Below are positions 48,041-58,381 of a stretch of 64,000 nucleotides of DNA, piece by piece. The notes beneath the pieces were generated by a model. That model made no database searches. It had not been told where the DNA came from and saw only the letters and a list, made by a program, of their open reading frames with translations. This DNA is from an uncultured Bacilli bacterium. GTDB taxonomy: Bacteria > Bacillota_I > Bacilli_A > RFN20 > CAG-449. Made by a program: the position numbers and the translations under genes. The stretch lies in contig CANRDP010000001.1 in assembly GCA_947629415.1 (NCBI GenBank), positions 11,290-75,289 on the forward strand, given 5' to 3'. Position 1 is the first letter of the stretch, and each line of letters begins with the position of its first letter.

Positions 48041-48637
48041 ATGGTACCTGAATATAACAAAAAACCGGGATGGATTGAAATTATTTGTGGGCCGATGTTT
48101 GCCGGGAAAAGCGAAGAATTGATTCGACGGGTCAAACGGATGGAATACGCAAAACAAACATTTGTATGTTTTAAACCGAAAATCGATAATCGTTATTCGG
48201 AAAATGAAATTGTTTCTCATAATTTGCATAAGACAAAATCCATCAATATTAATTCTTCTACGGAAATTTTATCTTTAATTCCGGAACATTGCGATGCTGT
48301 TGTTATTGATGAAGTTCAATTTTTGGATGAAGGTATTGTGGAAGTATGCCGCCGTCTTGCGGATTCGGGATATCGCGTTATTTGTGCCGGATTGGATATG
48401 GATTTCCGAGGTATTCCGTTTCATAATGTGGCTTTACTTATGGCCAGCGCGGAATATGTACAAAAATTAACGGCAATTTGTGTTAAATGCGGATCGCCGG
48501 CAACAAGAACGCAACGAATTGTGAATGGAGTACCTGCCGATTATGATGATCCGATTATTATTGTCGGTGCCGCACAGACATATGAACCGCGATGCCGACA
48601 TTGCCATGATGTTCCGAAAAAGGGACAAAAAAAATAA
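48041..48637 (+). CDS. tdk: Thymidine kinase
   Basis: P-loop [11 protein letters not shown] and a Zn-ribbon CVKCGS...CRHC. ATG 48041 follows AAGGAG. Confidence 0.85.
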   Translation: MVPEYNKKPGWIEIICGPMFAGKSEELIRRVKRMEYAKQTFVCFKPKIDNRYSENEIVSHNLHKTKSININSSTEILSLIPEHCDAVVIDEVQFLDEGIVEVCRRLADSGYRVICAGLDMDFRGIPFHNVALLMASAEYVQKLTAICVKCGSPATRTQRIVNGVPADYDDPIIIVGAAQTYEPRCRHCHDVPKKGQKK

Positions 48638-48719
48638 AAAAACAAAAAAAACGTATTCTTCTTTGCTTATAAAGAAAAATAGTGTATGATAATAAAGCGC
48701 ATTCAGGAGGTCTGGAACT

Positions 48720-48938
48720 ATGGATATTGTTCTTGTCATCATCTCAATTATGTTAATCGTTCTGACACTCTTGCAGGGCGGTAAATCCAACGGAGCATCC
48801 GGTGCTATTACCGGGGGTAGTAAAATGAATATTTTCGCTCGGACAAAAGAAAGAGGTTCGGAGCGGGTTGTTTCGATTATGACCTTAGCAATGGGAATTC
48901 TGTTTTTTATCGTTACGCTTTTGGTAAAATATTTCTAA
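48720..48938 (+). CDS. secG: Preprotein translocase subunit SecG
   Basis: 72 aa with two TM helices, the motif LLQGGKSNGASGAITGG, and the conserved secG-rnr-smpB neighbourhood. Confidence 0.75.
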   Translation: MDIVLVIISIMLIVLTLLQGGKSNGASGAITGGSKMNIFARTKERGSERVVSIMTLAMGILFFIVTLLVKYF

Positions 48939-48971
48939 GGGTCAGCAATGACTCTTTTTTTATAGGTACTT

Positions 48972-51023
48972 ATGGGAAAAGAATGGTTGGATTTTATTAA
49001 GAAAAAGCCTTGTACAAAAGAAGAATTACTGCGGTATACTTCTTTAGAAGCAATACAAGAAAGTTGTGACAAGGGTGAAATCGTTTGGGATAAAGGCAAG
49101 TATTTTTGGATAAAAAATTTACATTGGAAATTGGGGAAAATCATTTCTGTCAAAAAACATTATGCTTTTGTTTCTTTTGATGAAACAGAGGGATATATTG
49201 ATAAAAAAAATCTGCATGGAGCTTTGTGGAATGATGAAGTGTTCATCAAAGGATTTCATGATGGAAGAAGAATACAATATGAAGTAATGAAAATTTTCAA
49301 AAGGAATCCAAATCCTTTGGTGGGGACATTGATTTTTTCCAATAAGCATTGGTATTTGGAAGTCGAAGATGTGGCACCCATTCATTATCGTTTTCTCGTA
49401 AACGAAGAAGAGATACCTCTTTATTCCCATCACGTGGTTTTATTTCAAATTCTTTCGTATTCTCTTTTTTCTTGTCAATGTCAAATTTTGAAAGATCTCG
49501 GTTCTTCTTTTGATGAAGATATGGATTTGAAAAAAGTATTGTATAAAAATCAAATTGATCTTTCTTTCCCCGAAGAAGTGGAAGAAGAATTGAAGAACAT
49601 TCCAAAGGATGTGCAAAAAGAAGATTATGAAAAACGTATGGATTTCAGGGAACATCTTATTTTTACCATTGATGGAGAAAAGGCAAAAGATTTTGATGAT
49701 GCCGTGGAAGTATTGAAAGAAAACGAAAATATTAAAATCGGAGTTCATATTGCCGATGTTTCTTATTATATAAAAGAAAATTCCAAGATAGATTTGGAAG
49801 CCAGAAAAAGATCCACTTCCATTTATTATGCGAACAAGGTAATTCCCATGTTGCCTTTTGAAATCAGCAACGGCATTTGTTCTTTAAATCCGGATGTCGA
49901 TCGTTTGACACAATCGGTTTATTTTGAAATTACACCTCAAGGGGAAATCGTTTCGGCACAACTTTTCAAAGGTATTATTCATTCCAAGGCAAGATTAACT
50001 TATGAAAAGGTAAACGAATATTTCAAAACAAAAAAGAAATCTCTTTTTTCTAAAGAAATCATCGATGCTTTGGAATTATTACAAAAAGCCACCATCCTGA
50101 TAAAGAAAAAAAGAGAAAAAGAAGGTAGACTCAATATTTCAAGTGAAGAGTTGGAATTTCAAATGGATGAAAACGGAAAGATTCTTGACGTAAAAAGAAA
50201 AGAAGCCGGAATTGGAGAAGCGATGATTGAAGAATGCATGATTTGTGCCAATGAAATCATAGCCAAAATATTGCATGAAAATCATTTTCCTGCCATCTAT
50301 CGGATTCATGAGCGGCCTCAGGCAAAAAAGATAGAAGAGTGGATGGATTTATCTTCTCTTCTTTCTTATCCTTGTTCTTTTTCTTCATTAACGATTACTT
50401 CAAAGCAGATACAAAAACATTTGCAAAAAATAAAAGATCCTGTCCGTTATAAGATTTTGTCTTATTTTTTGTTAAGGTCTTTATCCAAAGCAAAATATGA
50501 TATCACTCCCATCGGTCATTTCGGTTTGGCCTTACAGGATTATACGCATTTTACTTCTCCGATTCGTCGTTATCCCGATTTAATGGTTCATCGTATTTTG
50601 GACATTTATTTTTTCAAAGGTGAAAAGCAAAAAAAGATTACGGAAGAATATCTTTCGGAAATCAGTGAAGTTTCTTCCGTCCACGAAAGAAGAGCGCAAA
50701 ATATTGAGCGGGAAATGGATACGATTCTCAGTGCAAAATATATGGAAAGATTCATCGGTTCTTCTTTTCAGGGTATTGTGATGAATATGAATTCCAACGG
50801 AATGTTTTTGGAATTGGAAAATGGTATTATCGGTTTTTTGCCTTTTAGTTTTGTCGGACATAATATTTATTATGACGAAGAAGAAAAAATTGCCTTAAGC
50901 AGAAGAGGCGTGGTGCAAAAATTAGGGGATCAAATTGAAGTCATATTAGAATTCAGTGATCCGAGCACGGGACAAATCATATTTTCTTTGCCAATGAAGA
51001 AGAAAAAGAATAAAATAAAATAA
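48972..51023 (+). CDS. rnr: Ribonuclease R
   Basis: 683-aa RNB-family exoribonuclease (..HIADVSYYI.., ..YFTSPIRRYPDLMVHR..) with a C-terminal S1-like region. It lies between secG and smpB. Confidence 0.85.
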   Translation: MGKEWLDFIKKKPCTKEELLRYTSLEAIQESCDKGEIVWDKGKYFWIKNLHWKLGKIISVKKHYAFVSFDETEGYIDKKNLHGALWNDEVFIKGFHDGRRIQYEVMKIFKRNPNPLVGTLIFSNKHWYLEVEDVAPIHYRFLVNEEEIPLYSHHVVLFQILSYSLFSCQCQILKDLGSSFDEDMDLKKVLYKNQIDLSFPEEVEEELKNIPKDVQKEDYEKRMDFREHLIFTIDGEKAKDFDDAVEVLKENENIKIGVHIADVSYYIKENSKIDLEARKRSTSIYYANKVIPMLPFEISNGICSLNPDVDRLTQSVYFEITPQGEIVSAQLFKGIIHSKARLTYEKVNEYFKTKKKSLFSKEIIDALELLQKATILIKKKREKEGRLNISSEELEFQMDENGKILDVKRKEAGIGEAMIEECMICANEIIAKILHENHFPAIYRIHERPQAKKIEEWMDLSSLLSYPCSFSSLTITSKQIQKHLQKIKDPVRYKILSYFLLRSLSKAKYDITPIGHFGLALQDYTHFTSPIRRYPDLMVHRILDIYFFKGEKQKKITEEYLSEISEVSSVHERRAQNIEREMDTILSAKYMERFIGSSFQGIVMNMNSNGMFLELENGIIGFLPFSFVGHNIYYDEEEKIALSRRGVVQKLGDQIEVILEFSDPSTGQIIFSLPMKKKKNKIK

Positions 51024-51038
51024 GAAAGGGCTTGACGA

Positions 51039-51494
51039 ATGGATTCAACTTCAAAAACAATCGCCACAAACCGAAAAGCATATTTTGAATATTTTCTTTC
51101 GGATGCTTTGGAAGCCGGAATTGTTTTATCCGGCAGCGAAATAAAATCAATTCGTCAAAACGGATGCTCTTTGCAGGATTCTTATGTCGTTATCCGCAAT
51201 CAAGAAGTATATCTTTTGGGGATGCATATTGCTCCTTATGCTCAGGCAAATTTATTCAATCATGATCCGACAAGAACCAGAAAATTATTATTACATGAAA
51301 AAGAAATTCGAAAGTATGCACAAAAAGTAAAAGAAAAAGGATTTACGATTATTGCTACGAAAGTATATTTTTCAAGGGGAAAGGTAAAAGTGGAAATTGC
51401 GCTTGCCAAAGGAAAAAAACTTTACGATAAAAGAGAAACGCAAAAGAAAAAAGATCTGGCACGAGAAAATGAAAAGATCGGGAGAATAAAATGA
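51039..51494 (+). CDS. smpB: SsrA-binding protein SmpB
   Basis: 151 aa: ..NRKAYFEYFL...GIVLSGSEIKSIR...LHEKEIRK.. and a basic C-terminal tail. Confidence 0.9.
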   Translation: MDSTSKTIATNRKAYFEYFLSDALEAGIVLSGSEIKSIRQNGCSLQDSYVVIRNQEVYLLGMHIAPYAQANLFNHDPTRTRKLLLHEKEIRKYAQKVKEKGFTIIATKVYFSRGKVKVEIALAKGKKLYDKRETQKKKDLARENEKIGRIK

Positions 51495-52183
51495 AGACAA
51501 GTGATTTCAAAAAACTTGCTGCTTTTGTGGATATAGATGAAACGGAAACAAAAGAAATTATCGAAGATTATTTATTTGCCGGCCGTGATTGCAGTTTTAT
51601 TTATCCTACGGAATTGGAAGAAGATATTTTATTACTTTATTCTTCACGTTCTGTTTCAAAGAAAAAGGCTTTAAAATTAAAAACTCAACTTCCGTTTCAA
51701 TTAGCGGATATTGATTCTTTTTTCTTTTTTGCCAAATTATTGAAAGATTCTTATCGCTTTGCCGATGGAATTTTTAGTGATGGTTCCCGACCGGTGACAC
51801 AAAAAAAACTTTTTACGCGAATGGAAAGTAAAAAAGAAATCCTTTCTTCTTTGATATTAAAAGATAGTGATTTTTTTCATCGGGTTATCGGGGATAAGAA
51901 AGTTCTTTATATAACTGCATTCGGAGAAGATCCGATGTTTACTTCTTTTCCGAACATAGAAGTTTTCCCGGTTCCTTTTGAAACATCGTTACCTTTTGAT
52001 ACTTGGCTCGAATGGTTTGATTTTTTGAAAATGAAAGTGATGACCATAGATTTTGATATTGCCTTTATAAGTCTTGATATATTAAGTGACCCTTTAAATC
52101 AATTTATCGCTCAAACTTTACATAAAATTGCTTTTACTAAAGGAGATAGAAATGAAAAAAATAACATTATCCATGTGGATTGA
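51491..52183 (+). CDS. Hypothetical cytoplasmic protein
   Basis: 230 aa with no recognisable motif. The ATG overlaps the smpB stop (ATGA). Confidence 0.4.
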   Translation: MKTSDFKKLAAFVDIDETETKEIIEDYLFAGRDCSFIYPTELEEDILLLYSSRSVSKKKALKLKTQLPFQLADIDSFFFFAKLLKDSYRFADGIFSDGSRPVTQKKLFTRMESKKEILSSLILKDSDFFHRVIGDKKVLYITAFGEDPMFTSFPNIEVFPVPFETSLPFDTWLEWFDFLKMKVMTIDFDIAFISLDILSDPLNQFIAQTLHKIAFTKGDRNEKNNIIHVD

Positions 52184-52481
52184 ATTCATAATTCTTACCG
52201 GTATTGCTTTAATTTTCGGCCTTATTTTTTATTTTTTGAATTTTGCCGATGTTTTAGATTTTGAAGGATCATTTTTGGTCACCTTATATGGATTTGTTCT
52301 TTTATTTTTGGGTTGGATTTTGGGTAACCATATCGATTATAGTTATCGAAGAAGTTCCAAACAATATAGCGGAAAATTACCGGATGAAATGAAGCAAAAG
52401 ATATTTTCTTTGCGATTTCCTCTTTTCACTTCCGGAGGTATAGCACTCCTTCTGAGTATTTTATTTTATTATTTGCCTTAA
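52152..52481 (+). CDS. Small hypothetical membrane protein
   Basis: 109 aa with 3 TM helices. The RBS AAAGGAG lies 6 nt before ATG 52152. Confidence 0.4.
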   Translation: MKKITLSMWIEFIILTGIALIFGLIFYFLNFADVLDFEGSFLVTLYGFVLLFLGWILGNHIDYSYRRSSKQYSGKLPDEMKQKIFSLRFPLFTSGGIALLLSILFYYLP

Positions 52482-52572
52482 AATGGAAATTCGAACTTTT
52501 ATGCTTGATTTCATTTTTTACATATAATAATATAGTTCATAAGCATTTTTATTTGCTTATTGGAGGATAGTC

Positions 52573-54882
52573 ATGAAAAAGAAAAAATATCTTGCTCTTT
52601 TAGGTGCATTGGCACTGATGACAGCTTGTAATCCCGCGGCAAATAGCAGTAGTAGTTTTGAACCATGGGTTCCGCCTGTTTGCGACGAGAGTTTCAATTA
52701 TGCCAGTTTAGCAAATCGGGCACGAAAAGATACATATACAACCTATACTACTTATTTACCTTCTACATTGAATTATACCAAAACAATGCAATCCGAGAAT
52801 GCTCAGCATATTGCTAATTTTATTGATGGATTAGTGGAACATGATCGCTTTGGAAATTTGGTTCCTTGTCTTGCTACCGATACCGGAACACCAAGTGATA
52901 ATTTCAAGACATGGACGTTTACTATTGATGCAAGCAAAAATGCACAATGGGTAAAACAAGATGGTACACCTTATACCAGTGCGACCAGAAGAAGTGCTCT
53001 TGTTATGGCGAAGGATTTTAAAGATAATTTAAAAATTGTTTTAAATTCTACCACCGCATCGGAATCCGCTTATTTACCGACGCTTATCATCGAAGGAGCA
53101 GAACAATATAATGTCGTTACGTACGAATGGAATTCTGTGAACCAAAGTAATCCGGATAAATCCGATTTAGCAAAATGGGATATAGTTCGTAGAAATTTAT
53201 TGGATACTAAGGATAGTTTGGGAAATTTTTTACTTCCGACAGGTTGTACTGCAGAGGATATCCGAGACATTTTGAATTTTGAACATGTCGGTGTTGATGT
53301 CGATAATGTCAGCAATACGATTACGTATCATTTAACAAATTCTGCAGATTATTTTCCGACGATGCTTACCTATCTTCCGTTTTTACCGATTTGTTATGAA
53401 TATTATGAAGAAAAAGGCGGCGCAGGAGATGAAGCTTTTGGATCGAAAAACAATATTTTATTCAATGGCGCTTATCTTTTAGATGAACGTACCAGTAACA
53501 AAATTTCCTATAAGAAAAATCCATTGTATTGGGATGCGGATAGTGTAAAAACCGAAAAAGTGGAATATTTGAAATTACCCGAACAATTAGGATATGATTA
53601 TGCCCGTGTTCAGTATGAAATGGGAAATATTGATGCTTTCGGAGTAAATTCTTTTGATGTTGATGGATGGAATAAATATGTCGTTGGTTCCGATGGAGCA
53701 GGTACAATCCTCGATCCTCATAACGAATTGACGTATTCTCAAGAATCGACAGGAGTTGATTCTACTTTCTTCTTTTATTTAAATCTCAATCGAAATGCGG
53801 AGACAACAAATACATTATCTCCTTTAACCACAAATCAAATTGCAAATGCAAATAAAGCATTTAAGTATTCTTATGTTCGGGATGCTATTTTCTCGGCATT
53901 GGATTTAGAAGCTTATAATGCTCGAAATGGTGTGGAGCTTTTGGAGCAACAACAGCAACAATTAAATACCTATATTCCGAAAAACTTCATTAGTGATGAT
54001 AGCGGAAAAGATTATTTCGAGTATCTTTTAGATGCTTATCAGGAAAAACATACCGGAACATCAAGAGAAGATGCCGAAAAAGCTTTAGGTCCGGGACAAG
54101 TCCATCAAATTTCTTTAGAAGATTCTGTTGCAAAAACAGCATCGGCATTAGCGAAATTAAAAGAAGACGACCCGAGTGTCACTTATCCGATTGTCGTGGA
54201 ATATACAACTTTCTATGGCGATGTGGAATTACGTTATTATGATGATCTTTTCATTGAATACACCAATCGAAGATTAAACGGATGTATCACCAATACGCAA
54301 TATCCCGATGAAAATAATTTGAAAGTATGCGGAGATGGTGAAGCGAAAATTTTAATTAAAGCAAATGAAAAAATTCAGACATCGCAAAACTATATTACGG
54401 TTTCCAATACGGGAGATTATTCGTTATTTATTTCCGGTTGGGGACCTGACTATGGTGACCCGATGACTTATGCACATACCATGGTAAAAGGTGGAGATAT
54501 GGCAAAACATTTGGGTATTAGATTAAAAGACGAGTTATCAAATGAAACCGATGAATTACTTGAAACTTATGGAGAAATGGTCCAAAAAGCAAATAATATC
54601 GTTTCTTCTACACCGGAACAAAAATCCTTACGATATAAGAGTTTTGCGGAAGCCGAAATTTATTTACTTGAAGAAACACAACTCATAAAACCATTATATC
54701 AACCGGGACAAGGATATTCTTGTACCGTATCGAAATTTATTCCTTATCGTTCACCAAGATCCGGATACGGATTATCCGGAGATAAGTTAAAGGGAATGGA
54801 AATTTTAACCGAACCTTTGACCAGTTGTGAAAGACAACGATTACGAACCGAATGGATTAATGAGCGTCAAGCAAGTATTTAA
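52573..54882 (+). CDS. oppA: Oligopeptide ABC transporter substrate-binding lipoprotein (family-5 binding protein, enlarged)
   Basis: Lipobox ALMTAC. The 769-aa protein is followed by oppBCDF. Confidence 0.65.
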   Translation: MKKKKYLALLGALALMTACNPAANSSSSFEPWVPPVCDESFNYASLANRARKDTYTTYTTYLPSTLNYTKTMQSENAQHIANFIDGLVEHDRFGNLVPCLATDTGTPSDNFKTWTFTIDASKNAQWVKQDGTPYTSATRRSALVMAKDFKDNLKIVLNSTTASESAYLPTLIIEGAEQYNVVTYEWNSVNQSNPDKSDLAKWDIVRRNLLDTKDSLGNFLLPTGCTAEDIRDILNFEHVGVDVDNVSNTITYHLTNSADYFPTMLTYLPFLPICYEYYEEKGGAGDEAFGSKNNILFNGAYLLDERTSNKISYKKNPLYWDADSVKTEKVEYLKLPEQLGYDYARVQYEMGNIDAFGVNSFDVDGWNKYVVGSDGAGTILDPHNELTYSQESTGVDSTFFFYLNLNRNAETTNTLSPLTTNQIANANKAFKYSYVRDAIFSALDLEAYNARNGVELLEQQQQQLNTYIPKNFISDDSGKDYFEYLLDAYQEKHTGTSREDAEKALGPGQVHQISLEDSVAKTASALAKLKEDDPSVTYPIVVEYTTFYGDVELRYYDDLFIEYTNRRLNGCITNTQYPDENNLKVCGDGEAKILIKANEKIQTSQNYITVSNTGDYSLFISGWGPDYGDPMTYAHTMVKGGDMAKHLGIRLKDELSNETDELLETYGEMVQKANNIVSSTPEQKSLRYKSFAEAEIYLLEETQLIKPLYQPGQGYSCTVSKFIPYRSPRSGYGLSGDKLKGMEILTEPLTSCERQRLRTEWINERQASI

Positions 54883-55041
54883 GAAGAGGAAGATAGTTTT
54901 CTATCTTCTTTTTTCTTTTTGAAGTTGAAAAAAGAATTTGTGTAATTATATAAAAATATTTGAAACAAAAATAGAAATTAGCTAAAATAGTACAAAGTAT
55001 TAGTTGAATACTTTTTGTTTTTATGTACGAAGGAGATATGT

Positions 55042-56250
55042 ATGGATTTTACCAAACTACTCACTTTTATGGCAGAGGATGCAACCGATTATCAAACCCA
55101 AATTATTATCAGTTATATTGTTATTGCTTTCCTCGTACTTGCAATTATATTTATTGTTTTGGTGAATCATAATCTTATTTTGAAAAAAGATACAAAATTT
55201 CGTCGTTTTTTGACACATCCGTTATTTTATTATTCTTTAAAACGTATCGGAAGTGCCTGTGTTTCTATTTTTTTGGCATTGGCCATTACTTTCTGCTTAA
55301 TAAGAATGCAAGACCTCCGCAGCGTATATTGTCCCGCAAATGACCACTTGACAGCGGAACAATTTGAGCGATGGTGTGATGCAAAAATGCGAAGTATCGG
55401 TCTTTCGGGATCTTTGATTGAACAATTTTTGACTTATTTTTATAATATTTTACCTATACCGAAAGAAATTTGTACTTCAATTAATGAATTAACTGCAGAA
55501 TGTGCGCAGACTCGATTCTTTACGATGTATTTAGGATCATCTGCTCGGGATGATACGATTCCTTTTATTGCCGAAGCTATTTTTACAAAACTTCCGAATT
55601 CTTTCCGATGGGGGGCTATTGATATTGCCATTCAATTGATTATCGGTTATCCTCTTGGTATTTTTATGGCAAAATATCAAGATAGATTAGTGGATAAAAT
55701 CGGAAAGACTTATATTATTTTAATCGATGCTATTCCGGGACTTTTATATTTCTATTTAATCTTTTCATTCTTCCAACAGTTATTGATTTGGAATATAAAT
55801 ATTTTCCCAATGCGATTTGATCCGGATGATTTTTCATCTTGGCTTGCCCCTGCCATTACTTCTTCTTTTGCGGGTATTGCGGGTATTGCCTATTGGGTAC
55901 GAAGATATATGTTGAATGAAATCAATTCCGATTATGTGAAGTTTGCAAGAGCCAAAGGATTATCGGAGAATCGCATTATGTTTACGCATGTGTTGCGTAA
56001 TGCCATTGTTCCGTTATCTCGATCATTATCTACGGCATTTATTTCTTGCTTGTTTGGTTCCTATTTTATTGAAGCCCTTTTCTCTATCGACGGATTCGGA
56101 GGAATGCTTATGAATGCCGTGCAAACTAAAGATTTCATGATTGTACAAGGTGTTGTTGTTTTCAGTGCTATTTTATCGGTTATTTCGTATTTGATTGCCG
56201 ATATTGCTATGGCTATTGCTGATCCACGGATTAGCTTTGAAGCACAATAA
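55042..56250 (+). CDS. oppB: Oligopeptide ABC transporter permease
   Basis: Binding-protein-dependent permease with an extended N-terminus. ATG 55042 lies 6 nt after AAGGAG. Confidence 0.7.
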   Translation: MDFTKLLTFMAEDATDYQTQIIISYIVIAFLVLAIIFIVLVNHNLILKKDTKFRRFLTHPLFYYSLKRIGSACVSIFLALAITFCLIRMQDLRSVYCPANDHLTAEQFERWCDAKMRSIGLSGSLIEQFLTYFYNILPIPKEICTSINELTAECAQTRFFTMYLGSSARDDTIPFIAEAIFTKLPNSFRWGAIDIAIQLIIGYPLGIFMAKYQDRLVDKIGKTYIILIDAIPGLLYFYLIFSFFQQLLIWNINIFPMRFDPDDFSSWLAPAITSSFAGIAGIAYWVRRYMLNEINSDYVKFARAKGLSENRIMFTHVLRNAIVPLSRSLSTAFISCLFGSYFIEALFSIDGFGGMLMNAVQTKDFMIVQGVVVFSAILSVISYLIADIAMAIADPRISFEAQ

Positions 56251-56263
56251 GGAGGGAGAAAAA

Positions 56264-57265
56264 ATGGTCAAAGATTTAAATCAATTACCGGAAATGAATG
56301 ATATCCTTGATTTTGATGAATCTCTCTTTGAAGTCGTGGGTATCAGCTCGGAAGAAGACGATCAAATTACAACGGCTCCTTATTCTTATTGGAAATCGGT
56401 TTGGAAACAATTATTCAAAAATAAAGTTGCTCTGTTATGTATCTTTATTGTTATTGTTTTATTGTTCTTTACCATTTTCGGACCAATGATGGGAAGTTCT
56501 ACAACATTTACCACGATGCCCGGATTACACGGACGTCCGATTTCCGAAGCTCCTTCTTCGGAACACTGGTTTGGTACTTCAATGGTTGGTCGTGATTTGT
56601 GGCATGATATTTGGGAAGGGGCACAATTCTCTTTGCGATTGGCTTTGGTTGTGTCGCTGATTAATGTTTTCTTGGGATTACTCATCGGTGGTTTCTGGGG
56701 ATATATTCGAGCCTTAGATCCGATTATGATTGAAATTTCGAATGTTATTTCCAATATTCCGACATTATTGATTTATATTATGATTTTGGAAGTATTACCG
56801 AATTCTGCGGGAAATGAAGCAGCAGCTTTCTGGAACTCCGTTTTCATTATGTCCCTTTTCGGATGGATGGGTTTAGCTTCTACCATGCGTAATCAAATTA
56901 TTATTATTCGGAATCGAGAATTCAATATTGCTTCCGAAGCATTGGGAAGTCGTTCTTATACGATAATTCTTCACAACTTATTACCGAATTTGGTTTCAAT
57001 TATTTCTCAGGTTGTCATCAGTTATATACCTTCATGTATTTCCTCGGAAGTAAGTTTGATTTACTTTGGTGCTTTCCCCATTACGCAAATATCGTTAGGT
57101 CAAGTTTTAAATACAGCATTCAGTGCGAAAAATATTGCGAGTGCATTACAGTCTTATCCTCATACGCTTTTTATACCTGCGATTGTGATGATTCTTTTGA
57201 CGGTAGCATTCTTTTACTTTGGTATGGCAGTGGCAGACGCGACGGATCCAAAGAAACATCGATAG
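56264..57265 (+). CDS. oppC: Oligopeptide ABC transporter permease
   Basis: OppC-like permease. ATG 56264 follows AAGGAGGGAG. Confidence 0.7.
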   Translation: MVKDLNQLPEMNDILDFDESLFEVVGISSEEDDQITTAPYSYWKSVWKQLFKNKVALLCIFIVIVLLFFTIFGPMMGSSTTFTTMPGLHGRPISEAPSSEHWFGTSMVGRDLWHDIWEGAQFSLRLALVVSLINVFLGLLIGGFWGYIRALDPIMIEISNVISNIPTLLIYIMILEVLPNSAGNEAAAFWNSVFIMSLFGWMGLASTMRNQIIIIRNREFNIASEALGSRSYTIILHNLLPNLVSIISQVVISYIPSCISSEVSLIYFGAFPITQISLGQVLNTAFSAKNIASALQSYPHTLFIPAIVMILLTVAFFYFGMAVADATDPKKHR

Positions 57266-57277
57266 GAGAAAGAGATT

Positions 57278-58381
57278 ATGGAAACAAAAAGAGAAGTTGA
57301 AATTTCTGTAAAAAATCTTTCCGTCGGATTTATTTCGCATGGAAATAAAATGCATGTTATTCGCGATATTACCATGGATATTTATAAAGGAGAAACATTT
57401 GCCATTGTCGGTGAATCCGGGAGCGGAAAATCGGTTTTTACAAAAACTTTTACCGGAATGTTGGAAGAAAATGGTTTTATTTCCTCCGGCGAAATTCTTT
57501 TCCAGGGACAGGATTTAGCAAAATTTAAAACAAATAAAGAATGGTTACCGATTCGCGGAAAAAAGATTGCTACAATCTTCCAGGATCCAATGACTTCATT
57601 AAATCCATTGTTCCGAATCGGTCGTCAAATTGAAGAAGTTCTTCGTTTACATCGGGGAATGAATAAAAAAGAAGCAAAGGCGGAAGCAATTGAATTGTTG
57701 CGCCGGGTCAAAATACCGAATCCCGAAAAAAGAGTACATGATTTTCCTTTTATGTATTCCGGTGGTATGCGACAAAGAGTGGTTATCGCTATTGCTTTGG
57801 CTTGTAAACCGGATGTGTTGATTTGTGATGAACCGACAACCGCTTTGGATGTTACGGTTCAATCGCAGATTTTAAGTCTTATTCGTGATTTACAAAAAGA
57901 AGAACATTTTACTACGATTTTTATTACACACGATTTAGGTGTTGTGGCTGGAATTGCCGACCGTGTTGCCGTCATGTACGGGGGACAAATCATTGAATAT
58001 GGTACGGTAGAAGATATTTATTATCATCCCGCGCATCCTTATACTTGGGCACTTCTTTCTTCACTTCCCCAATTGGCAGAAGACGGATCCGATTTAACCT
58101 ATATTCATGGAAATCCACCTTCTTTTATCGGAGAAATCGATGGCGATGCATTTGCACCGAGAAATAAATATGCCATGAAGATTGATTTTATAAAAGAAGC
58201 ACCGATGTTCAAAATTTCCGATTCTCATTATGCAAAAACATGGTTATTGGATCCACGTGCTCCCAAAGTAAAACCACCGAGAATCATTCAAAATCTTTCC
58301 AATAAGATTGCTGCGACAATTGTAAAAGATCCAATCAATACACAGAATGAGGAAACAAAGGCAGGTGATTCTCATGATTAA
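57278..58381 (+). CDS. oppD: Oligopeptide ABC transporter ATP-binding protein
   Basis: Walker A GESGSGKS, signature YSGGMRQR and an OppD C-terminal extension. Confidence 0.85.
   Translation: METKREVEISVKNLSVGFISHGNKMHVIRDITMDIYKGETFAIVGESGSGKSVFTKTFTGMLEENGFISSGEILFQGQDLAKFKTNKEWLPIRGKKIATIFQDPMTSLNPLFRIGRQIEEVLRLHRGMNKKEAKAEAIELLRRVKIPNPEKRVHDFPFMYSGGMRQRVVIAIALACKPDVLICDEPTTALDVTVQSQILSLIRDLQKEEHFTTIFITHDLGVVAGIADRVAVMYGGQIIEYGTVEDIYYHPAHPYTWALLSSLPQLAEDGSDLTYIHGNPPSFIGEIDGDAFAPRNKYAMKIDFIKEAPMFKISDSHYAKTWLLDPRAPKVKPPRIIQNLSNKIAATIVKDPINTQNEETKAGDSHD

Noticed and set aside
48638-48719. Searched the intergenic regions after tdk, smpB and oppF for tRNA or tmRNA genes
   Set aside because: No cloverleaf-compatible GGTTCGAATCC-type T-arm or acceptor pairing was seen. 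A tRNA/tmRNA scan would be needed to be sure.
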